This document shows positions 16,109 to 24,750 of a DNA stretch of 64,000 nucleotides, one piece after another. Made by a program: the position numbers and the translations under genes. Numbering within the stretch: the stretch's first letter is position 1; each line of letters begins with the position of its first letter. A model generated the notes under the pieces. The model was not told the DNA's origin, did not search any database, and saw only the letters and a list, made by a program, of their open reading frames with translations. Source of the stretch: an uncultured bacterium (lineage in GTDB: Bacteria; Acidobacteriota; Aminicenantia; Aminicenantales; Saccharicenantaceae); NCBI GenBank assembly GCA_963805015.1, contig CAWDSL010000024.1:577893-641892 (forward strand). The letters run 5' to 3'.

Positions 16109-16912
16109 TCAACGGGCCGGGGCGCCCCGCCGGTAGGTCCAGTCGTCCGAGGCGTACTTGGAGGCCTGGAGGGCGCGGACGGCCTCGAGGTCGTCGGACG
16201 ACAGGGCGAAGCGCTCGAACGAGGCCCCGAAGAGGTCGGCGAAGCCCTGGACGAGGGGGCCGACGGCGGCGTCGAAGTCGACGGGCCGGCCCAGGGCCTC
16301 GGAGAGCGAGGTCATGCCCAAGCTCTCGGCCGTCTCTCCGGGGGCGGAGACGGCGGCCAGCAGGGCCTCGTCCTTCTCGAGCGGGATGGAGCCGTGCTGA
16401 AGGAAGACGTCGCCGGTCCGCTTCTGGGCGCTGCCGACGATCTTGCGGCCGCCGATCTCGATCTCGTCGCGGGCGGGGAAGGCGAAGCAGGGCATGGTCC
16501 CCTTGATGTAGTTGCTGGGCGAGGTTTCCGCCAGGCGCGCGGCGACGCCGAGGATGGCCAGGCCGCCGAGGAGGGCCCGGGAGATGAGCCGGTAGGACTC
16601 GCGCAGCGTCTCGGTGAAGACGGCGGCGTCGGAGGAGGCCACGGAATAGGTGACTTCCCGGTGGTGGAGGACGAGCTTCCCCCCGGTCATGCGCCGGACG
16701 ACATCGATGCCATGGGCGGCGCAGAACGCCGTGTCGACGACCTTATCGGCTTCCTGGGAGTAACCCAGGGAGGCGGTCGGGCGCTCCCACTGGTAGAAGC
16801 GCAGGAAGGTCCTGGGGGAGCGTTCCGCGAGGCGATAGAGATGCTCGTCGACGGCCATGTTCCAGGACCCCGGAAGCGGGGCGGGCTCGACGATCAGGTG
16901 CCAGGTGCTCAT
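16109..16912 (-). CDS. lipoate-protein ligase / octanoyltransferase family protein (BPL_LplA_LipB domain)
   Basis: 267 aa. Motifs: RFYQWERPTASLGYSQ, RRMTGGKLVLHH, GGRKIVGSAQKR. Confidence 0.85.
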   Translation of the reverse strand: MSTWHLIVEPAPLPGSWNMAVDEHLYRLAERSPRTFLRFYQWERPTASLGYSQEADKVVDTAFCAAHGIDVVRRMTGGKLVLHHREVTYSVASSDAAVFTETLRESYRLISRALLGGLAILGVAARLAETSPSNYIKGTMPCFAFPARDEIEIGGRKIVGSAQKRTGDVFLQHGSIPLEKDEALLAAVSAPGETAESLGMTSLSEALGRPVDFDAAVGPLVQGFADLFGASFERFALSSDDLEAVRALQASKYASDDWTYRRGAPAR

Positions 16913-16934
16913 GGGCGAAACGAAACAAAAAAAA

Positions 16935-17009
16935 TGGAGCGGGCAATGGGACTCGAACCCACAACACCCGGCTTGGGAAGCCGGTACTCTACCATTGAGC
17001 TATGCCCGC
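16935..17009 (-). tRNA. tRNA-Gly (anticodon CCC), CCA encoded
   Basis: Minus-strand sequence: GCGGGCATAGCTCAATGGTAGAGTA-CCGGC-TTCCCAA-GCCGG-GTGTT-GTGGGTTCGAGTCCCAT-TGCCCGC-T-CCA. Confidence 0.9.
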
Positions 17010-17024
17010 TCACAGGGCCCTTGA

Positions 17025-17052
17025 ATTCTAACACATTCCCGCCTCAGGTCAA
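17025..17052 (-). promoter_or_regulatory. sigma70-like promoter TTGACC-N16-TAGAAT for tRNA-Gly
   Basis: On the minus strand, TTGACC at 17052-17047 and TAGAAT at 17030-17025, 15 nt upstream of the tRNA 5' end. Confidence 0.45.
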
Positions 17053-17070
17053 GAAGGGACCGGGGGCGCG

Positions 17071-17100
17071 TTGACAGGGTGGGCGCCCGGCCCCTATAAT
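17071..17100 (+). promoter_or_regulatory. consensus sigma70 promoter TTGACA-N18-TATAAT
   Basis: TTGACA at 17071-17076 and TATAAT at 17095-17100, upstream of the bactofilin-uvrB-uvrC genes. Confidence 0.55.
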
Positions 17101-17133
17101 CCCGTAGAGAACGCTTGTCCAGGGAGGGACGCC

Positions 17134-17496
17134 ATGACCGACGAATCCACGAACCACGGCTCCGACCGATCGACGGCCTCCGGCGTCACCCGCATCGGGT
17201 CGACGACGATCCTCAACGGGGACATCGAGGCCCACGAGGACATGCTGGTCGAGGGGAAGCTCCAGGGGAAGATCACCCTGCCCTCGGGGACCCTGACCGT
17301 GGCCAAGGGCGCCCGGGTCGAAGCCGAGGTCCGGGTCCGTGCCCTTATCCTCCACGGCGAGCTCAAGGGCAATGTCCGGGCCGCCGAGAAGACCGTGATC
17401 TCGGAAACGGCGGTCATGAGCGGCGACGTGATCACGCCCAAGATCACCATCGCCAACGGCGCCCGCTTCTCCGGCGGCATCCGCATGAAGGAATAG
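17134..17496 (+). CDS. bactofilin-family cytoskeletal protein
   Basis: I chose the ATG at 17134 (AGGGAGGG upstream). The beta-helical bactofilin repeat pattern is visible (ILNGDIEAHEDMLVEGKLQGKITLPSGTLTVAKGARVEAEVRVRALILHGELKGNV...). Confidence 0.8.
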   Translation: MTDESTNHGSDRSTASGVTRIGSTTILNGDIEAHEDMLVEGKLQGKITLPSGTLTVAKGARVEAEVRVRALILHGELKGNVRAAEKTVISETAVMSGDVITPKITIANGARFSGGIRMKE

Positions 17497-19493
17497 TGAC
17501 GAAATCCTTTAAGCTGGTTTCCGAATTCGCGCCGAAGGGAGACCAGGTCCAGGCCATCGACCGCCTGACCGAGGGCCTGGCTGCCGAGGCCCGCCACCAG
17601 GTCCTCAAGGGCGTCACCGGCTCGGGCAAGACCTTCACGATGGCCAACATCATCGAGAAGGCCGGCCGGCCCGTCCTGGTCGTCTCCCACAACAAGACCC
17701 TGGCCGCCCAGCTCTACCAGGAGTTCCGGCGCTTCTTCCCCGCGAACGCCGTCGAGTACTTCGTCAGCTACTACGACTACTACCAGCCCGAGGCCTTCAT
17801 CCCCGCCTCGAACACCTACATAGCCAAAGAGGCGACGATCAACGACGAGATCGACCGCCTCCGCCTTTGCGCGACGAACTCGCTCTTCTCGCGCCGCGAC
17901 GTCATCATCGTCGCCTCCGTCTCCTGCATCTACGGCATCGGCGCGCCCGAGACCTACTATTCCATGAGCTTCCCGCTCACGGTCGGCGACGCCCTCGGCC
18001 GCAAGGCCCTGCTCGACAAGCTCGTCGCCGTCCAGTACGAGCGCGGGGAGGGCGATTTCAAGCGCGGCTCCTTCCGCGTCCGCGGCGACGTCGTCGAGGT
18101 CTTCCCGAGCTACGAGGACTCGGCCTACCGCATCGAGCTCGAGGACGGCCGGATCAAGGCCATCTCGGCCGTCGATCCCCTCCTCGGCCGCGTCCGCGAG
18201 CCGCTGGCCACGGTCATGGTCCACCCCCGCACCTTCTTCTCGACCCCCGCCGAGACCGTCCGGGCGGCCGTCGCCGGGATCGAGGCGGAATTGGCCGGTC
18301 AGGTCGACCACTTCCGGCGCCGCGGCATGGCCGTCGAGGCCGAGCGCATCGAGGAGCGGACCCTCTACGACCTCGAGATGCTCCGGGAATTCGGCTACTG
18401 CCCCGGCATCGAGAACTACTCGCGCCACCTGACCGGCCGGGCCGCCGGCGATCCGCCCTATACCCTCCTCGACTACTTCCCCGCCGACTTCCTGACCATC
18501 ATCGACGAGTCCCACGTGACCGTCCCCCAGATCGGGGGCATGTACGCCGGCGACCGCTCCCGCAAGCTGACCCTGGTCGAGCACGGCTTCCGCCTGCCCT
18601 CGGCCCTCGACAACCGGCCGCTCAACTTCGAGGAGTTCGAGGGCCGCGTCGGGCAGACCCTCTACGTCTCGGCCACGCCCGGCCTTTACGAGATCAAGAA
18701 GTCGCCGGGCCGGGTCGTCGAGCAGGTCATCCGGCCGACCGGCCTGACCGATCCCGAGCTCGAGATCCGGCCCATCCGCGGCCAGGTCGACGACCTCATG
18801 GCCGAGATCCGGGCCCGGGCCGCCCGCAACGAGCGCGTGCTGGTCACCACGCTGACCAAGAAGATGGCCGAGGACCTGGCCCGCCACTACCACGAGCTCG
18901 GCCTGCGCGTCCGCTACCTCCACTCCGAGGTCGAAACGCTCGACCGGGTCAAGGTCCTCCGCGACCTGCGCAAGGGGCAGTTCGACGCCCTCATCGGCAT
19001 CAACCTCCTGCGCGAGGGCCTCGACCTGCCCGAGGTCTCGCTCGTGGCCATCCTGGACGCCGACAAAGAGGGCTTTCTTCGCTCCGCGACGGCCCTCGTC
19101 CAGACCTTCGGCCGGGCCGCACGCCACGTCGCCGGCCGGGCCATCCTCTACGCCGACGCCGTGACCGACTCCATGAAAGCGGCCATGGACGAGACGGCCC
19201 GCCGCCGCCGCATCCAGGAGGATTACAACGCCGCTCACGGCATCACCCCGCAGTCGATCGTCAAGGGCATCGACGAGGTCCTGACCTCGATCTACGAGCG
19301 CGACTACCTCGACTACACCCGCCTCTCCGAGGACAAGGACATCTACCTCTCGCCGCACAGGCGCAAGAAGCGCATGGACGAGCTGGCCAAGCTCATGAAG
19401 GAGGCGTCGGCCGCCCTCGAGTTCGAGAAGGCCGCCGCCTACCGCGACGAGCTGACCAAGCTCAAGAAGCGCGAGCTGGAGATGGGGTTTTAG
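17496..19493 (+). CDS. uvrB: excinuclease ABC subunit B
   Basis: 665 aa from the GTG at 17496, which overlaps the bactofilin stop (TAGTG). Motifs: GVTGSGKTFT, YYDYYQPEA, helicase motifs and the C-terminal UVR domain (EFEKAAAYRDEL). Confidence 0.95.
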   Translation: MTKSFKLVSEFAPKGDQVQAIDRLTEGLAAEARHQVLKGVTGSGKTFTMANIIEKAGRPVLVVSHNKTLAAQLYQEFRRFFPANAVEYFVSYYDYYQPEAFIPASNTYIAKEATINDEIDRLRLCATNSLFSRRDVIIVASVSCIYGIGAPETYYSMSFPLTVGDALGRKALLDKLVAVQYERGEGDFKRGSFRVRGDVVEVFPSYEDSAYRIELEDGRIKAISAVDPLLGRVREPLATVMVHPRTFFSTPAETVRAAVAGIEAELAGQVDHFRRRGMAVEAERIEERTLYDLEMLREFGYCPGIENYSRHLTGRAAGDPPYTLLDYFPADFLTIIDESHVTVPQIGGMYAGDRSRKLTLVEHGFRLPSALDNRPLNFEEFEGRVGQTLYVSATPGLYEIKKSPGRVVEQVIRPTGLTDPELEIRPIRGQVDDLMAEIRARAARNERVLVTTLTKKMAEDLARHYHELGLRVRYLHSEVETLDRVKVLRDLRKGQFDALIGINLLREGLDLPEVSLVAILDADKEGFLRSATALVQTFGRAARHVAGRAILYADAVTDSMKAAMDETARRRRIQEDYNAAHGITPQSIVKGIDEVLTSIYERDYLDYTRLSEDKDIYLSPHRRKKRMDELAKLMKEASAALEFEKAAAYRDELTKLKKRELEMGF

Positions 19494-19506
19494 GGGCCGA
19501 AGCGCT

Positions 19507-21311
19507 ATGGCCGGTTTCGACGAGCTCAAGGCCCGGGCGGGCGCACTCCCGGCCAAGCCCGGAATCTATTTCTTCAAGAGCGCCTCGGGCGAGGTCGTCT
19601 ACATCGGCAAAGCCCGCTCCCTTCGCGACCGGGTCCGTTCCTACTTCCTGCCCGAGCCCGACTTCAAGGTCCGCAACATCCTCCGCGAGACGGCCGACAT
19701 CGACTACATCCTGACGGGCTCCGAGAAGGAAGCGGCCTTCCTCGAGAACAACTACGTCCAGCAGCACCAGCCTCGCTTCAACCTCCGGCTCAAGGACGAC
19801 AAGAGCTTTCCCTACCTCAAGGTGACGACCGGAGAGACCTGGCCCGGCGTCTACTTCAGCCGCAAGGTCGAGCCGGATGGCTCGCGCTATTTCGGGCCGT
19901 TCAGCCCGGCCGGCCGGGCCCGCTCCTCCATCCACCTGGTCAACAAGCACTTCGGCGTCCGGGGCTGCGAGGAGGCCGTCTTCCGCAACCGCAAGCGCCC
20001 CTGCCTCGAGTACGAGCTCGGGCTCTGCTCGGCGCCGTGCGTCGGATACGTCACCGGGGCCGGCTACCGCGAGCGCGTCGAGGACGCCTGCCTCTTTCTC
20101 GAGGGCCGGATGCCCGAGCTGGCCAGGGCCGTCAAGGACAAGATGTCGCGCGCGGCATCCGAGGAGAAGTTCGAGGAGGCGGCCCGCTGGCGCGACCTGC
20201 TGCGGACGATCGAGGACTACCGCGACCGGCCGGGCGCGATCTCCACGGCCCTCGAGGACCAGGACGTCGTCGGCCTCGTCCGCGAGGGCGACCGGGCGGC
20301 GGCCTATGTCTTTTTCATGCGCAAGGGCAAGATTCGCAATTCCGACGCGAGGCTCGTCGACGCCCCGGCCGCCGCGCCCGGCGGCGAGGTCCTGGGACGG
20401 TTCCTGGCCGATTTCTACCGCGATCACGAGGCGCCGCCCCGCCTCCTTCTCCCCGTCGCGCCGGCGCGAACGACCGGCCTCCAATCCCTTCTCGGCTGGG
20501 CCCACGTGCGCGTCCTCGTCCCCCGCGGCGGGAAGAACCGCAAGCTCGTCGACCTGGCCGGCCGCAATGCCGAGGCCTTCCTGCGGAAGCAGGCCCGCGA
20601 CGCCGGACCCCTCGAAGCGCTGCAGGCCGTCCTCGGTCTCGCCGGCCCCCCCCGTCACATCGAGGGCTTCGACATCTCCAACACCGGCGGCGAGGAATCG
20701 GTCGGGTCGCTCGTCGTTTTCCGGAACGGCCGGCCCGACAAAGACGCTTACCGGAAGTTCCTCATCCGGACCGTCGAGGGCTCGAACGACGTCGCCAGCC
20801 TCGCGGAAGTCGTCACCCGCCGGTACCGCAAGCGGATCGAGGACGGCGCGCCCCTCCCCGACCTGGTCATGGTCGACGGCGGCAAGCCCCAGCTCGGCGC
20901 GGCGGCGAAGGCCCTGGCCTCGCTCGGCCTCGCCCAAATCCCCCTCGTCTCCATCGCCAAGAAAGAGGAGATCCTGCTACAGCGCCCGCGCATCGGGACG
21001 GCCTCCGCCTCGAACGGACCTCCCCCGCCCTCAAGCTGGTCCAGGCCGTCCGGGACGAGACCCACCGCTTCGCCATCTCCTTCCACCGCGGCCGCCGCGA
21101 GAAGAAGAGCTTCGCCTCGATCCTCGACGGCATCCCGGGGCTCGGGCCGAAGCGAAAAGCCGCTCTGCTCGTCCGCTACCCCGGCATCGAGGCCATCGGC
21201 GGCGCGGCCAAAGAGGAACTGGAGGCCCTGGTCGGCGCCGCCGCGGCGGCCCGGGTCCTCGAACGGCTCGGGGCGGGATCCAAGGACCGAGTCCGGGCCG
21301 AGGGCGCTTGA
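19507..21311 (+). CDS. uvrC: excinuclease ABC subunit C, frame-disrupted at a G3 run (20995-20997)
   Basis: The GIY-YIG N-terminus (GIYFFKSASGEVVYIGKA) and the UVR and RNase H-like parts are in the frame of 19507. The conserved C-terminus SPALKLVQAVRDETHRFAISFHRGRREK and the HhH part continue in the -1 frame to a stop at 21311. Confidence 0.85.
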
Positions 21312-21356
21312 CAGAGCCGCAAGAGCTCACATATCCTCTGGTTCAAGGAACCTGAG

Positions 21357-22343
21357 ATGGGCCGCCGCCGACCGCGCATTCGTGACCTAGCGATACTGGG
21401 GCTCGCCTGTCTCATCGTGAATGATGGCCGGTCGACGGCTGTCGAGGCCGAAGACCGGATCGTCCTGACCCTGCCGGGCATATCCTGGGCCCTGAAGATC
21501 GAAGCGCCGGGCTTTGTCGTCGTCGCCAAAGAGCTCGATGCGGACGGGAACGGCATCAAGCTCAAGGCCGAGGACACGCGGAATCAGATCACGATCTCGG
21601 CGTTCATCGAAGAAGCCGTGGCCAAGGGCGGAGCCGAGGCGTGCCGCGAATACCACTGGTCGCTGACCAGGAAAGGGCCTCTCGATCTCGAGGATCCCCG
21701 GCTTTTCGAGACCGGACCGTTGGCGGTCGTCGAGTTCAATATCCCGAAGGTCGCGGCGACGAAGCTCAACCAAAAGCACGTCAATGCCTATCTGGCCCAG
21801 GACGGCTATTGGATGGGCGTGGAGATCACCAGGAATTTCCATGACGCCAAATGGGACCCGCTATTGCTCTCGATCCTGGAGCACATCACGATCGATACCG
21901 CCTACGTCCCCACGATCCAAGAACAATTCGGACATGCCCGCTTTTATTATCTCAAGAGGGATTATCGAAGCGCCGCCGGACAATATGAGAAGATCCTCGA
22001 GCGGACCGGTCCCGGATCTTCGCTCAACCGTGATTCGTGGCGAGCCCTGGTCAATCAGCTCGGCATGTCCTACGGTCTGAGCGGGGAATCCGCGAAGACA
22101 AGGGATCTGCTTTTATGGGCCATCCCGAACGATCCCGAGTATCCGCTGTTCCATTACATCCTCGCCTGCGCGTATGCCGAGATGGGCGATCCGGACAGCG
22201 CCTTGGAGCGTCTGCGACTCGCCTATCGGTACAAAGCCAACCTACGGCCCGGCGAAACGTTCCCCGACCCCCGGAAGGATCCCTCATTCAAAAAGCTCCG
22301 CAAGGACAAACGGTTCAGCGCCGAACTGGACAAGCTGAAGTAG
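21357..22343 (+). CDS. hypothetical protein with C-terminal TPR-like repeats, compositionally atypical
   Basis: 328 aa with a hydrophobic N-terminus and TPR-like helices (YYLKRDYRSAAGQYEKILE; ILACAYAEMGDPDSALERLRLAY). A 120-nt stretch (21841-21960) is 63/120 G+C by hand count. Confidence 0.75.
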   Translation: MGRRRPRIRDLAILGLACLIVNDGRSTAVEAEDRIVLTLPGISWALKIEAPGFVVVAKELDADGNGIKLKAEDTRNQITISAFIEEAVAKGGAEACREYHWSLTRKGPLDLEDPRLFETGPLAVVEFNIPKVAATKLNQKHVNAYLAQDGYWMGVEITRNFHDAKWDPLLLSILEHITIDTAYVPTIQEQFGHARFYYLKRDYRSAAGQYEKILERTGPGSSLNRDSWRALVNQLGMSYGLSGESAKTRDLLLWAIPNDPEYPLFHYILACAYAEMGDPDSALERLRLAYRYKANLRPGETFPDPRKDPSFKKLRKDKRFSAELDKLK

Positions 22344-22395
22344 ATTTCAGAGGACCAGCCGGACCGCCCCTCGAAGCTCGGGACTGTACGCAACG

Positions 22396-24327
22396 TCACA
22401 GAACGAGGCGTACGGCCCAGCTCAGGGCCAGGGCGACGCCGACGCTCAGGGCCACCGAGAGGAAGGCCCACTTCTTCCCGATCTCCTTCCACATGATGAC
22501 GAACGTGGACAGGCAGGGAATGAAGAAGCTGATGAAGACGGTGAAAACGACGATCTGTTCGCGGCTGATGACCGACACGAGGTTCTGGTAGTCGACGCCG
22601 AGCGCCTGGAGCATCATGATGAGCGACAGCTCCTTGCGCAGGAAGCCGAAGACGAGCGTCACGCCCAGCTCATGCGGCAGCCCGAGGCCCTTGACGACGA
22701 GCGGGGCCAGGATGTCGTTGATCACCCGGTCGGCCTTGATGTAGGTCAACAGGCTCAGGACGAGGCTGCCGCCGATGAGCAGGGGCCAGGCGAACTTGAC
22801 GAAGGAGTGGACCTGGAACCAGGTCTTGCGCAGGATGGAACCCACCCGCGGCGCCTTGAGCGAAGGGATCTCCAGAATGAGCCCCGGCGACGGCTCCTTC
22901 ATGAACCGGCTGACCGCCCAGCCGACGACGGCGACGACGAGGATGTTGGCCGCATAGAAGCCGATGGCCCAAAGGGGGCCCAGGTAGAAGGCGACCAGGG
23001 CCAAAACGATGGTCGTCCGGGCCGAACACGGGATGAAGGGGATGAGGAGCGAGGTCAGGACCCGGTCCCGCTGCGATTCGAGGATGCGGGTCGAGACGAT
23101 GGCCGGGACGTTGCAGCCGAAGCCGAGGATGAACGGCGAGATGGACTTGCCGTGGAGGCCGATCCGGTGCATGAAGGCGTCGAGCAGGAATCCGGCCCGG
23201 GCCAGGTAACCCGTGTCCTCGAGGGCCGACATGAGGAGCAGGAGCGGCAGGAAATATGGCAGGACGATGGCCACTCCCCCGCCGACGCCCTGGATGAGCC
23301 CTTCGGCGAGATGGAAGAGAAGCCCCTCGCCCAGGCTGGCCGCCAGGGCCTCCCGCAGCTTGCTGAACGGTCCCAGGAGGAGCGTTTCGAGCGGGCTGCC
23401 GACCTCGAAGATGATGGTGAAAAAAGCCAGGAGGACGGCGGCCAGGATGAAATACCCCAGCACCGGGTGCATGAGGACCGCGTCGATCTTCTTGTCCCAC
23501 GTCATCCGCTTGCCGTGGAGGACGCGGCTGGTCTCCTCGGCCAGCTTCATGGCCAGGTGGTGCCGCTCCGCCGAAATGACCTCGTAGGCGGGCGCGCCGC
23601 GATCCTGCTCGATGGCCTTCAGGGCGCGGTCGACGTTCTCCCTCAACCCGGGCTCCACGTCGCCAAGGAAATCACCGCAGGCGTGTCCGGCCGTCTCGAT
23701 GAGCTTGACGGCCGTGAACCGGGGGTTGGAGACGACGGGGAATCCGGGCGGCAGGCAGCGCTCGACGGCGGCGACCTCGGTCTCCACATCGTCCGAGAAC
23801 CGGAGGACCTTGAGCGCCTGGCCTTTGTCGATGACTTCGAAGGCCCTGTCCAGGAGTTCGCGGACGCCGCGGCCGTGAGCGGCGATGGTCGGGACGACGG
23901 GGACGCCGAGCCGGCGCTCGACCCCGGCGGCGTCGAGCTCGATGCCCTTGCGCTCCGCCACGTCGACCATGTTGAGGGCGACGATCATCGGATAGCCGAG
24001 CTCGACCAGCTCGAGAGTGAGCTCGAGGCCGCGGCTCAACGTCGAGGCGTCGATGACGTTGACGACGAGGTCGGGCTTCTCCGCGAACAGGTGGGTCAGC
24101 ACGACCCGCTCGGCCGGGTCGGCCGAGCAGAGCGAGTAGGTCCCCGGCAGGTCGACGACGTCGAGCAGGCGCCCTTCGATGGCGACCCGGCTGTGGGTGT
24201 GCTTGATGGACGTGCCGGGGAAGTTCGACGTCTCGGCTTTGTTGCCGGCGATGGAATTGAAGAGGGTGCTCTTGCCGCTGTTGGGCTGGCCGATGAAGAT
24301 GACGGCCGGGACCTCAGGCCGGCCCAT
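22396..24327 (-). CDS. feoB: ferrous iron transporter B
   Basis: I chose the ATG at 24327. N-terminal G domain (GQPNSGKSTLFN, DLPGTYSL) followed by a polytopic permease domain. Confidence 0.95.
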   Translation of the reverse strand: MGRPEVPAVIFIGQPNSGKSTLFNSIAGNKAETSNFPGTSIKHTHSRVAIEGRLLDVVDLPGTYSLCSADPAERVVLTHLFAEKPDLVVNVIDASTLSRGLELTLELVELGYPMIVALNMVDVAERKGIELDAAGVERRLGVPVVPTIAAHGRGVRELLDRAFEVIDKGQALKVLRFSDDVETEVAAVERCLPPGFPVVSNPRFTAVKLIETAGHACGDFLGDVEPGLRENVDRALKAIEQDRGAPAYEVISAERHHLAMKLAEETSRVLHGKRMTWDKKIDAVLMHPVLGYFILAAVLLAFFTIIFEVGSPLETLLLGPFSKLREALAASLGEGLLFHLAEGLIQGVGGGVAIVLPYFLPLLLLMSALEDTGYLARAGFLLDAFMHRIGLHGKSISPFILGFGCNVPAIVSTRILESQRDRVLTSLLIPFIPCSARTTIVLALVAFYLGPLWAIGFYAANILVVAVVGWAVSRFMKEPSPGLILEIPSLKAPRVGSILRKTWFQVHSFVKFAWPLLIGGSLVLSLLTYIKADRVINDILAPLVVKGLGLPHELGVTLVFGFLRKELSLIMMLQALGVDYQNLVSVISREQIVVFTVFISFFIPCLSTFVIMWKEIGKKWAFLSVALSVGVALALSWAVRLVL

Positions 24328-24556
24328 GGACCGCCTCGACGAGGACTTTCTGGGCGACCCCGCGGCCCAGGGCGACAGTGGTGTCCGAAGTGCAGTTGCG
24401 GACGAGAAGAGGACCCCTGAGAATGGCCTGGCCGTCGAGCTCGACGACATCGCCCTTGTGGAAGCCCAGGGCCATCAGGCGGCGGCGGACGCTCTCGCCG
24501 CCGGCGAGGTCGACGATCCGCAGGGGCGTTCCGTGCGGGGCATCGAGCAGGTTCAT
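24314..24556 (-). CDS. feoA: ferrous iron transport protein A
   Basis: 80 aa, SH3-like FeoA (GTPLRIVDLAGGESVRRRLMALGFHKGDVVEL). Overlaps the feoB start by 14 nt. Confidence 0.85.
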   Translation of the reverse strand: MNLLDAPHGTPLRIVDLAGGESVRRRLMALGFHKGDVVELDGQAILRGPLLVRNCTSDTTVALGRGVAQKVLVEAVHGPA

Positions 24557-24625
24557 GGATCTACCGGTAGACCAGTTTAGCCTATTATCTATCCGAGGCA
24601 AGAAAAATTCTCCGTCTCTCGCGAA

Positions 24626-24646
24626 ATAATTCTTAGTGAAATTATA
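24626..24646 (-). promoter_or_regulatory. -10 TATAAT overlapped by an AT-rich dyad (ATAATT-N8-AATTAT), Fur-box-like, upstream of feoAB
   Basis: On the minus strand, TATAAT lies at 24646-24641 and the dyad at 24626-24645. A second GATAGATAAT lies nearer feoA (about 24582-24591). Confidence 0.35.
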
Positions 24647-24750
24647 GGGTATCAGGCGGTGGAAGTAAAGCCGCCCAGGGAGGACGGCAGGACGGTCCCC
24701 TGAGAAAGCCGGCGATGCCGCCCGCCCCGGAGATCGGGGGCCGGCGCCGG

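Noticed and set aside
24328-24450. Upstream extension of the feoB ORF to 24450
   Set aside because: It overlaps feoA in another frame. The G-domain begins right after the ATG at 24327.
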